A DNA stretch of 64,000 nucleotides from Verrucomicrobiia bacterium (lineage in GTDB: Bacteria > Verrucomicrobiota > Verrucomicrobiia > Verrucomicrobiales > DEV007), in the NCBI GenBank assembly GCA_030427505.1, contig JAUICH010000019.1, positions 1 to 64,000 of the forward strand. The letters are read 5' to 3'. The translations under genes were made by a program, and so were the position numbers. Below are positions 48,634 through 56,126 of the stretch, in pieces. The first letter of the stretch is position 1; the number at the start of each line of letters is the position of its first letter. The notes beneath the pieces were generated by a model, which was not told where the DNA came from, did no database searches, and was given only the letters and a program-made list of their open reading frames with translations.

Positions 48634-48707
48634 AAAGGTCGGACGCGATCTCCGAGCACGTTCGCGAAAGCAGAATAAGGTGTCTTTTCATCCCTGTTTG
48701 GACATCT
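48634..48707 (+). repeat. Intergenic repeat element copy C (module 1 only)
   Basis: AAAGGTCGGACGCGATCTCCGAGCACGTTCGCGAAAGCAGAAT…CCCTGTTTGGACATCT. It lies 37 nt downstream of the MidA stop. Confidence 0.45.
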
Positions 48708-48809
48708 CAACTACCGTTAGCCAGTCTGCCCCGTTCACGCCATTTGCATACCGGCCGCCACCATCAATACGGGAGTGCGGCCCGCGCGACGAAATGCCAG
48801 TACGCCCGT

Positions 48810-49298
48810 TTACTCCCCAATCTTGACGCTCGGCCCTTCAGGCTCGCCCTTGAGTTGCCAAATCTCCACCTGCCCATCAGCTCGCCCGGCGATCACATAG
48901 AAGTCGTCTCGATATTCCATCGGGACGCCAGAAATGAAGACGAGTTGTGGCGCAGTTGTTTCCACCGCCGTCATTGCGGGAACATAGGTAAAGGCTGCCC
49001 TGTCGCTTCCCAGGTTTCCGTACAAAAGGAGTGACTCCCCTTCTTCTCGAGAGATGTAGCCCGGAACCAATACGCGCAGTTCCGGTGGGAACGCACCATC
49101 GTGATCTCCAGCATAGCTCTGGCACGCGAGGATGAGCTGCCGGACATTGTTCCTATAGATCGTGAGCGGATTCCGGTCGGCTGTCCGGGTATAGCTTGGT
49201 AATAGCAACACCACCATCAGCGCCACGGTTGCAACCATGAGAACCAGCGTCCAAACAATCTTTTTGCGCAGGGATCTTAGGCCCGGGTCCGTCTCCAT
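48810..49298 (-). CDS. Hypothetical membrane-anchored protein
   Basis: Single N-terminal TM (IVWTLVLMVATVALMVVLLL). No recognisable family. Start is uncertain (49298 or 49337). Confidence 0.3.
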   Translation of the reverse strand: METDPGLRSLRKKIVWTLVLMVATVALMVVLLLPSYTRTADRNPLTIYRNNVRQLILACQSYAGDHDGAFPPELRVLVPGYISREEGESLLLYGNLGSDRAAFTYVPAMTAVETTAPQLVFISGVPMEYRDDFYVIAGRADGQVEIWQLKGEPEGPSVKIGE

Positions 49299-49453
49299 CA
49301 TGTTTGCATTCCAACTCCTGAAGCCAAGACCTACCACGCCGGGAAAGCCTTGGCCACTTCAAGCGGAGAGAGAATGTCCGGAGACCGAAGGGGTCTCCTC
49401 GCCGCCGGCAGGGGCGAAACTCCTAACATGCTTCCTTTGTCGTTAATACTGCC

Positions 49454-50635
49454 TTACTTCCGCTCTCCAGTGGTCAGCGGCGTCACGGGCGTTTCCTTTG
49501 GCTGCCGTTCCTGGATGATGTTCAGCTTGCCGGTTTTCAGCCGGGGCAGCACGTACTTCGCGAACAGCTCGCACTCTTCCTGGTGCGGGTAGCCCGACAT
49601 GATGAAGGCCCGCATGCCCATATCGACATACCTCTCCAGCTTGGCCACGATCTGGTCGGGATCGCCCACCAGCGCGCTGCCGCAGCCAGACCGGGCCCGG
49701 CCCACGCCACTCCACAGGTGCGGCTCCAGGTAGTCGCTGCCCGCGGCGGCCCGCAGGGCGTCCTGCCGCAGCACTCCGGCGGACTGATGATCCTGCGCCC
49801 GCGCCTTGATCTCCGCGCCCTTCGCCGCGTCCAGCTTGGAAAGCAGCCGGTCCGCCGCCGCCTGGGCCTCGGCTTCGGTTTCGCGCACGATCATGTGAAT
49901 CCGCAGCCCGAAATCGATGGTCCGGCCATACGCGGCGGCCTTTTCGCTCATGCTTTTCATTGTGGCGGCCAGGTTTTCCTCTGTCTCCGGCCACATCAGG
50001 AACACGTCGCAATGCTCCGCGCAGAGGTCCTGGGCGGAGGGCGAAATGCCGCCGAAGTAGAGCAACGGTCCGCCGTTCTGTTGCCAGGGCTTGACGGGCT
50101 CCGTGGAGGCAAGGTGCACGTTGTAGAATTCGCCCTCGAAGTCCACCGCTTCCTGCGTCCAGCACTGCTTCAGAATCTGGATGGCTTCGCGGGACCGCTG
50201 ATAGCGGGCCTCGGATTCTTCCTTCATTCCGGGCAGATCGGAGGAGATGATGTTGATGGTCAGACGGCCCTCCGCGATGTGGTCGATGGTGCTGATGTGC
50301 CGCGCCAGCATGGGGGGATGAATCTCGCCCATCCGGACGGCCACCAGTTGGTTGATCTGCTTCGTCTGCGCGGCCATGGCGGCGGCAAAGGGCAGCGGTT
50401 CCTGCCCGGCCTGCCAGGAAGACGGCAGGAGAATGTTTTGGTAGCCCAGCCGGTCGGCGGTCCGCACAATGTCGCCACAGTGCTGGTAGCTGCTGCGCAG
50501 GCGTCCATCGGGCACGCCCAGGTATTCATAGTCGTCGCCGCAAAGGGCGCTGAACCAGGCTGTTTCGATGGTGCGGGTCTCGGTGCGGATGGCGACCGGA
50601 GGCTTGGCGGGGGGGGTTATTGTCTGGCTGCTCAT
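49454..50635 (-). CDS. ssuD: LLM-class flavin-dependent monooxygenase, alkanesulfonate monooxygenase SsuD-like
   Basis: Blocks [39 protein letters not shown] and [46 protein letters not shown] align closely with my recollection of E. coli SsuD. MsuD/SfnG-type paralogs cannot be excluded. Confidence 0.7.
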   Translation of the reverse strand: MSSQTITPPAKPPVAIRTETRTIETAWFSALCGDDYEYLGVPDGRLRSSYQHCGDIVRTADRLGYQNILLPSSWQAGQEPLPFAAAMAAQTKQINQLVAVRMGEIHPPMLARHISTIDHIAEGRLTINIISSDLPGMKEESEARYQRSREAIQILKQCWTQEAVDFEGEFYNVHLASTEPVKPWQQNGGPLLYFGGISPSAQDLCAEHCDVFLMWPETEENLAATMKSMSEKAAAYGRTIDFGLRIHMIVRETEAEAQAAADRLLSKLDAAKGAEIKARAQDHQSAGVLRQDALRAAAGSDYLEPHLWSGVGRARSGCGSALVGDPDQIVAKLERYVDMGMRAFIMSGYPHQEECELFAKYVLPRLKTGKLNIIQERQPKETPVTPLTTGERK

Positions 50636-50668
50636 AACGTGGCTCCAAGGTTCTGGTTACTTTATACG

Positions 50669-51838
50669 TCAGATCGTGAAGGATAAAAGCACGGTCAAGA
50701 CCACCACGGCAATGACCAGTGAAGCGACGGCGGCGGCGATGACGGGCCGCAGGCCGATCCCACGGAAACTGGCCAGCCGGGTCTGGAGGCCCACTCCCGC
50801 CATGCTCATGGCCAGGAGGAAGCCGGAGGCGATCTTGAAAAAGTGGCTGCTGTCCCCGGAGATTTCCGAGCCCGCCTCCGCCCAGGGCAGATGAGACCAG
50901 TTCAGCGTTATCTCCGGTAAAAGCCCAAAGGAACGCGCCAGGGCCATGGCCAGGAAACCCAGCACAAAAGTCGGGAACAGTTTCCAGGGCGAACGCTTCA
51001 GCCGATAGCGGGAGGTGTGGCCGGAGTCCGGCTGCCAGAGGGAGGCCATGAGGAGCGCCACCGGCGCCAGGAGACAAACGCGGGCCAGCTTCACAATGGT
51101 GGCCACCTCGCCCGCTTCCTGGCTCCAGGCAAATCCGGAAGCCACCACCTGCGGTGTCTGGTGAATGGTCAGCCCGGCCCAGATGCCATAGGCGCGGTCG
51201 GATAGATGAAAGAAAGATCCGATGATCGGCAGCAGCAGCATGGCGATTAATCCTAACAAAGTCACCAGGGCTACGCCCAGCACCACGTCCCGTTCCTTGG
51301 CTTTTAGAATGGGCGCCACCGCCACAATGGCCGTGCCTCCACAGATAGCCGTGCCAGTGGCCAGGAGAATCGCCACGGTTGTGTCCAGCTTCCAGAGTTT
51401 CCGGGGCAGGAAAAGCAGGAGAAACCCCGCAACCACCACGGCGGCGCTCAGCATCAGGCCCAGGGCGCCCAGGCGGATCACTTCGCCAAAGTGCAGCCGC
51501 GCTCCCAGCAGGATGACCCCGGCGGGCAGCAGTTTCTTTACCGAAAAACTGATGCCCGCCCGCGCCCAGCCCGTGGGCAGGAGGTTGGAAATGAGAATCC
51601 CCACCAGGATGCTCATCAGCACCGGATCGAAGAGGTGGGAGCCGTCCGGCAGGGTAAAGGGCCAGACCGGTAAGTGACTCAGGTAGCCCGCCCCCACCGC
51701 GATGGCAAAGGTCAGCAGGAGCCCCAGGGTCAGTTCCCGGGACGCGGGCTTGGGCAGTTCCCCACCCTCCATCCAGATGAGGTGTTCGCCCCAGTTCAGG
51801 GAGTCCTTACGTTGCCCGGCCTGCTTCATTGGGAACAT
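50669..51838 (-). CDS. YeiH-family (UPF0324) putative sulfate/sulfur-oxyanion exporter
   Basis: 389 aa, about 10 TM helices. Segments LLPAGVILLGARLHF and GLTIHQTPQVVASGFA are typical of the family. Confidence 0.65.
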   Translation of the reverse strand: MFPMKQAGQRKDSLNWGEHLIWMEGGELPKPASRELTLGLLLTFAIAVGAGYLSHLPVWPFTLPDGSHLFDPVLMSILVGILISNLLPTGWARAGISFSVKKLLPAGVILLGARLHFGEVIRLGALGLMLSAAVVVAGFLLLFLPRKLWKLDTTVAILLATGTAICGGTAIVAVAPILKAKERDVVLGVALVTLLGLIAMLLLPIIGSFFHLSDRAYGIWAGLTIHQTPQVVASGFAWSQEAGEVATIVKLARVCLLAPVALLMASLWQPDSGHTSRYRLKRSPWKLFPTFVLGFLAMALARSFGLLPEITLNWSHLPWAEAGSEISGDSSHFFKIASGFLLAMSMAGVGLQTRLASFRGIGLRPVIAAAVASLVIAVVVLTVLLSFTI

Positions 51839-51850
51839 CCATAGGGTGAA

Positions 51851-51878
51851 TTAATTCTATTTGCAATTAATTATTCGG
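51851..51878 (+). promoter_or_regulatory. AT-rich motif AATTAATTCTATTTGCAATTAATTATTC in divergent promoter (shared with 55447-55474)
   Basis: Near-identical 28-mer with identical internal spacing at both sites: AATTAATT-NNN-TTTGCAA-NTAANTTATNC. Confidence 0.4.
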
Positions 51879-51940
51879 TCACCCCGGGCTGGCCACCCGG
51901 AACGATTCGGGCTATCTCTGCTTTTTCCGCATTTTCACCC

Positions 51941-53074
51941 ATGGAAGCGCCCGCCATCCAGGCCGAAATTATCCGCGAAGTCCGCCGCCAGCGCGAGGTC
52001 TCCCGCAAAGACCTGGCGGAGGCCCTGGGCGTGGCCCGGTCCACCGCGGGCCGGCACGTGGACAGCCTGGTGGAAACGGGCCTTCTCCTGGAAACCGGCA
52101 AGGATTTTCCTGGCGGCGCGGGGCGGCCACGCATACTCCTCCGGCCCAATCCCCAGGGCGGCCGGTTCGTCGGCGTGGATTTCGAAGCCGGTCACCTCTA
52201 CGGCGTGGCGGTGGACTTCGACCAGCAGACCCTGACCCAGCGGCGCGTCAACGTGGGCCGTCAGGTGAAGGCGCCCGCCGTGGTTACCGCCATCCGCAAG
52301 CTCATCGTCACGCTGGAAAAGGACAGTCCCGGCTATGAAACCCTGGCCATCGGACTGGGCGTGCCCGGCTTGGTAAACCCGGAAACCGGCATGGCGCGGG
52401 AGTATCCCTACATCCCGGAATGGAAAGACATTCCCCTGGCCGCGAAGATCGCCTCCGCCACCGGCGCGCCGGTCTTCATCGAGAACAACGCCCGGACCAA
52501 CGCGCTGGCGGAACACTGGTTCGGCGAGGGCAAAGGCATCAACGAACTCGTCTGTCTGACGGTCCGCACCGGCATCTCCGCCGGCGTCATCACCGGCGGT
52601 CGCCTTCTCACCGGACGGCACGATGCGGCGGGAGAAATTCGCGGCTGGCTGACTCCGGATGGCAATGCCCTGGAAACCGTCGCCACCGCCCGGACTATCC
52701 TGGAAGACGGCCGCTACTACGTGGACGCCAGCGACGATCGCGAGACCGCTTGGCTACGCTTTGAAGACGAGTGCAATGCCGGAAAGGTCAAAGCCCTGGC
52801 CCTCCTCGACCGCGTCAGCGCCTTCCACGGCGCCGCGGCGGCCCAGCTCGGGCAACTCCTAGACCCGGAACTCATCTTTTTCTCCGGCCCCTTCGCCCGC
52901 CTCGGCGATCTCTGGATGGACCGCGTCCGCAAGTCCGCCGCGGAGCGCTACCGCAATCAGTACCTCGACCCGCCCCGCATCCTCGCCTCTCAGTTAGGCG
53001 AATTCTGCGGCGCCCTCGGCGCCGCCGCCCTAGCGCTGCAACTCTGGTCGCCGGGATTGCGGCGGAATTTTTGA
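51941..53074 (+). CDS. ROK family transcriptional regulator (NagC/XylR-like: N-terminal HTH plus sugar-kinase-like domain)
   Basis: Winged HTH (VSRKDLAEALGVARSTAGRHVDSLVETGLL), followed by a ROK fold (…LAIGLGVPGLV…FIENNARTNALAEHWFG…). Confidence 0.7.
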   Translation: MEAPAIQAEIIREVRRQREVSRKDLAEALGVARSTAGRHVDSLVETGLLLETGKDFPGGAGRPRILLRPNPQGGRFVGVDFEAGHLYGVAVDFDQQTLTQRRVNVGRQVKAPAVVTAIRKLIVTLEKDSPGYETLAIGLGVPGLVNPETGMAREYPYIPEWKDIPLAAKIASATGAPVFIENNARTNALAEHWFGEGKGINELVCLTVRTGISAGVITGGRLLTGRHDAAGEIRGWLTPDGNALETVATARTILEDGRYYVDASDDRETAWLRFEDECNAGKVKALALLDRVSAFHGAAAAQLGQLLDPELIFFSGPFARLGDLWMDRVRKSAAERYRNQYLDPPRILASQLGEFCGALGAAALALQLWSPGLRRNF

Positions 53075-53136
53075 AAAACCAATAAAACTAACCTCGAATT
53101 ACTCTGATAGCGCGATTCGCCCAAACACCTAACTCT

Positions 53137-53805
53137 ATGGCAATATCCGAGACGAAACTTAAGGCCGCGAGGAAGAAGGCCGCCAATAAGGGACAGTGGG
53201 CTTTGGCCGCGGCTTTTGACTCCCTATTGCGGGACACGGCGTGTCTGGATGCACGAATCAATTTGCTAGGGGCCATGCACGAAGTAGGCCTGCTCTCCAA
53301 CAGTCTCGCCCCCTACTGGAATGACTGGCGGTCCGCGGCGGCGGATCACGACCTGTGGGCCGAGCGCTGTCTTGATCGCCTCCAGGAAAGTGATGCCGAC
53401 TACTGGGCCGTTGCGGGACTGCTTGCAATGCCGCTTACCGCGGTCGCTTCGGCATTGAGTCAAAGAAACTACAAGCTTCTCTTTGTCCGCTTCGCGGACT
53501 CCTACAAGGATGGAAGATGGCACATTGCCACCTTTGCCGGACGGCACCAAGGCCGCGTCATTGCGCCCGTGATCGAACTTGGTTGGGATGATGAACGATC
53601 CATTGTCGAAGCGTCACGGTGGCGCGCGGTGATATTGGAGGAGCAGACCAATACCGGCGGCAGCGTTGCCGAGCACGGAAGCGGCTCCTACTTCCTGCGC
53701 GCCAAACTCCCCTATGGCTGCTGGAGAATCCACGACGAGCCCTTCGCGGTAAAGAATGAGTGGATGGTTCCCAAGGCTGAAACAGCCTTGGCCGACTATC
53801 CGTGA
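53137..53805 (+). CDS. Hypothetical protein
   Basis: 222 aa. No recognisable family. Codon usage is consistent with its neighbours. Confidence 0.35.
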   Translation: MAISETKLKAARKKAANKGQWALAAAFDSLLRDTACLDARINLLGAMHEVGLLSNSLAPYWNDWRSAAADHDLWAERCLDRLQESDADYWAVAGLLAMPLTAVASALSQRNYKLLFVRFADSYKDGRWHIATFAGRHQGRVIAPVIELGWDDERSIVEASRWRAVILEEQTNTGGSVAEHGSGSYFLRAKLPYGCWRIHDEPFAVKNEWMVPKAETALADYP

Positions 53806-53967
53806 TTGGGGCCGCATCTGTAACCAGACCCCGCTGTCACAGCCACGCGCTCGATGGGCCGTATGATGACTTAATCCATAGTTAGGATAAGCGTTAGCTT
53901 TGCTTTATTCTATCTGTGCCCTCTGTGTCATCTGTGGTTTCCCAATATTGTCGTTCCCTAAGGTCTC

Positions 53968-55320
53968 TCAGTACCAAACCTCGTAAGGCTTCGTCACCCC
54001 CGGCACGGCCACGGGGTACCAGCCGTCCGCGTCCGGCACGACGGGGGGCACGGTTTCGAAGCTGGCGATGTCGTCCGGCACAAGTTTCAGGTCTGAGGCC
54101 ATGGCGTCTTCCCAGGTGACCTCCTGGCCGGAGTAGTTCGCCAGGCGTCCCAAGATGGCGGTCATGGTGGCGTCCGCGCCAGCCTGAGCTTCGTTGTAGG
54201 GCAAGTCTTTGCGGATGGCGTCGAACAGCGGGTAGTGCTCCAGCTGGTGGCCGTCGTCGCCGGAACGCAAGCGCTGCTCCACCGCGTTCTTGCCGGTGAT
54301 CTGGTAGAAACGTTCTTCCAAATGAGCCGTGCCCAGGGATCCCAGAGCGCCTTCACTTACGCTGCGCCAGCAGTTCGGGATCTGGCGGGCCTGGCTGTAG
54401 AGAATGGTGCCGTCCGCGTACACGTACTCCACGAAATGGTGATCGAAGATCTGTCCGTTCTCTTTCTTGTTCCGCACCTGACGGCCGCCCATGCCACGGG
54501 CGATAGCGGGCGTTTCACCTTTGATCCAGTTCACGACATCCAGGTTATGCACGTGTTGCTCGACATTGTGGTCGCCGGACAGCCAGGTGAAGTAATACCA
54601 ATTCCGGATCTGGTACTGGAGTTCCGTTTCGCCGGGCAGACGTTCCTTACCCGCCCGGGCGGAGCCATTCCACAAAGCCCGGAAGGTGTTGATCTTTCCG
54701 ATGGCGCCGTCCTGGAGCCGCTTCACATATTCCTGGTAAGTCGGCTGGTGCCGGCGTTGCAGGCCGACGCCTACTTTCAAGTTCTTTTGCTTCGCTTCCT
54801 CAGCCGCGGCCAGGACGCGCTTGATACCCGCCACGTCGGTCGCCACTGGCTTTTCCATGAAGACATGTTTGCCCTGTCGCACGGCTTCCTCGAAATGCAG
54901 GGGCCGGAACCCGGGCGAGGTCGCCAGGATGACCACGTCGCACATCTCAATGACCCGCTTGTAGTCCTCGAACCCGCTAAAGATCGTGCCGTCATCCTTC
55001 ACGCCACCGGTCTGATTGGGGCGCTTCTTCTGAAGAATTTCCCGGGCGTTGCGGGCCACTTGTTCATCGACATCACACATGGCGACGAGTTGAATCTCAT
55101 CCCCGGCATCCATGGCCTGATTGGCGGCTCCGGTACCACGGCCCCCACAACCGACCATGCCGAGGCGGATGGTATTATCGGAAGCCGCGTGAACGTGAGG
55201 CACGGAATTCAGAGCCAGCCAACTCGCGGCGGCTCCGCCGGAGGCTTTCAGGAAACGGCGCCGGCCGGTTTCCTTGGATTCAAAGCGCAGAGAGGAATTC
55301 GGGGAGTTTGGGTCTTGCAT
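53968..55320 (-). CDS. Gfo/Idh/MocA family oxidoreductase with twin-arginine (TAT) signal peptide
   Basis: Start at internal ATG giving MQDPNSPNSSLRFESKETGRRRFLKASGGAAASWLA (RRRFLK TAT motif). Rossmann fold (LGMVGCGGRGTGAA) and the EKP motif (MEKPVAT) of the Gfo/Idh/MocA family. Confidence 0.75.
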   Translation of the reverse strand: MQDPNSPNSSLRFESKETGRRRFLKASGGAAASWLALNSVPHVHAASDNTIRLGMVGCGGRGTGAANQAMDAGDEIQLVAMCDVDEQVARNAREILQKKRPNQTGGVKDDGTIFSGFEDYKRVIEMCDVVILATSPGFRPLHFEEAVRQGKHVFMEKPVATDVAGIKRVLAAAEEAKQKNLKVGVGLQRRHQPTYQEYVKRLQDGAIGKINTFRALWNGSARAGKERLPGETELQYQIRNWYYFTWLSGDHNVEQHVHNLDVVNWIKGETPAIARGMGGRQVRNKKENGQIFDHHFVEYVYADGTILYSQARQIPNCWRSVSEGALGSLGTAHLEERFYQITGKNAVEQRLRSGDDGHQLEHYPLFDAIRKDLPYNEAQAGADATMTAILGRLANYSGQEVTWEDAMASDLKLVPDDIASFETVPPVVPDADGWYPVAVPGVTKPYEVWY

Positions 55321-55446
55321 GGTGAGTGTGCAGGTTGATTGAATGAGGCCGGTCAGGCCTTGGAGGTTTGCCGAAGTGAAAGGGTTTTTAAACGCGTAGG
55401 CGCGCCACTCTGAGGGAGAATTCTCGGGGTAAACGAGGAGACCATT

Positions 55447-55474
55447 AATTAATTTCGTTTGCAACTAAATTATC
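55447..55474 (+). promoter_or_regulatory. AT-rich motif AATTAATTTCGTTTGCAACTAAATTATC (second copy of the 51851 motif)
   Basis: It sits about 20 nt upstream of the FMN reductase start and in the same orientation as the first copy. Confidence 0.4.
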
Positions 55475-55493
55475 TACCGTCATCATGTCCCCC

Positions 55494-56030
55494 ATGAAAA
55501 TCGCCGTGATCAACAGTAACCTGAACGCCGGGGGCAAGACCGCCGTCCTCCACGGAGCCCTGCTGGACTGCTGCCGTGAAATGGAAGGCGTGGAGCCGCT
55601 GGACGTCTCCCTGGCCAGCACCTCCCTGCCCCATTGCGACGGCGCCCGCTGCTACCAGGATCCCGGCGTCATCGAACTGACCGGCAAACTTCAGGAATGC
55701 CAGGCCATGCTGCTATGTAGCCCCATCTACAACTACGACCTGAACGCCAGCGCCAAAAACCTGATCGAGCTGACCGGCAGCGCCTGGAAGGGCAAAGTCT
55801 TTGGCCTGGTGTGCGTCGCGGGCTCGGAGAAGTCCTACCTCTCCGCCCTGTCCTTCATCAACAGCCTGATGGTGGACTACCGCTGCCTCGTCATCCCCCG
55901 CTTCGTCTTCGCCCACCGGGCGGACTTTGGGGAAGGCAACGTGTTCCAGGAAACCAGCCAGATCCCGGCCCGTATCGAGCAATTAGTGAAAGCCGCCAAA
56001 GTGCTGGGCGAGGCCGTGGCGAAGCTATAG
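55494..56030 (+). CDS. NADPH-dependent FMN reductase family protein (SsuE-like flavin reductase partner for the two-component monooxygenase)
   Basis: About 178 aa. MKIAVINSNLNAGGKT…LLCSPIYNYDLNASAKNLIEL fits the flavodoxin-like NADPH-dependent FMN reductase family (PF03358). Functional pairing with the SsuD-like gene is inferred. Confidence 0.6.
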   Translation: MKIAVINSNLNAGGKTAVLHGALLDCCREMEGVEPLDVSLASTSLPHCDGARCYQDPGVIELTGKLQECQAMLLCSPIYNYDLNASAKNLIELTGSAWKGKVFGLVCVAGSEKSYLSALSFINSLMVDYRCLVIPRFVFAHRADFGEGNVFQETSQIPARIEQLVKAAKVLGEAVAKL

Positions 56031-56126
56031 AGGCTTTGGCCCGGCTTTTTCTCGCGGCTTTCCGGGCTCGGTTGACGCGGCATCACCGCGCGGCATTGGC
56101 AAACCTCAGCGCCTGAGTTCCTTTTC

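Noticed and set aside
47740-50686. Antisense ORFs (268 aa at 47740-48546, 367 aa at 49583-50686, 240 aa at 49443-50165)
   Set aside because: They are overlapped by MidA and the SsuD-like gene respectively, and show compositional bias only.
54235-55338. 367-aa plus-strand ORF inside the Gfo/Idh/MocA gene
   Set aside because: Antisense to a gene with a TAT signal and a Rossmann motif.
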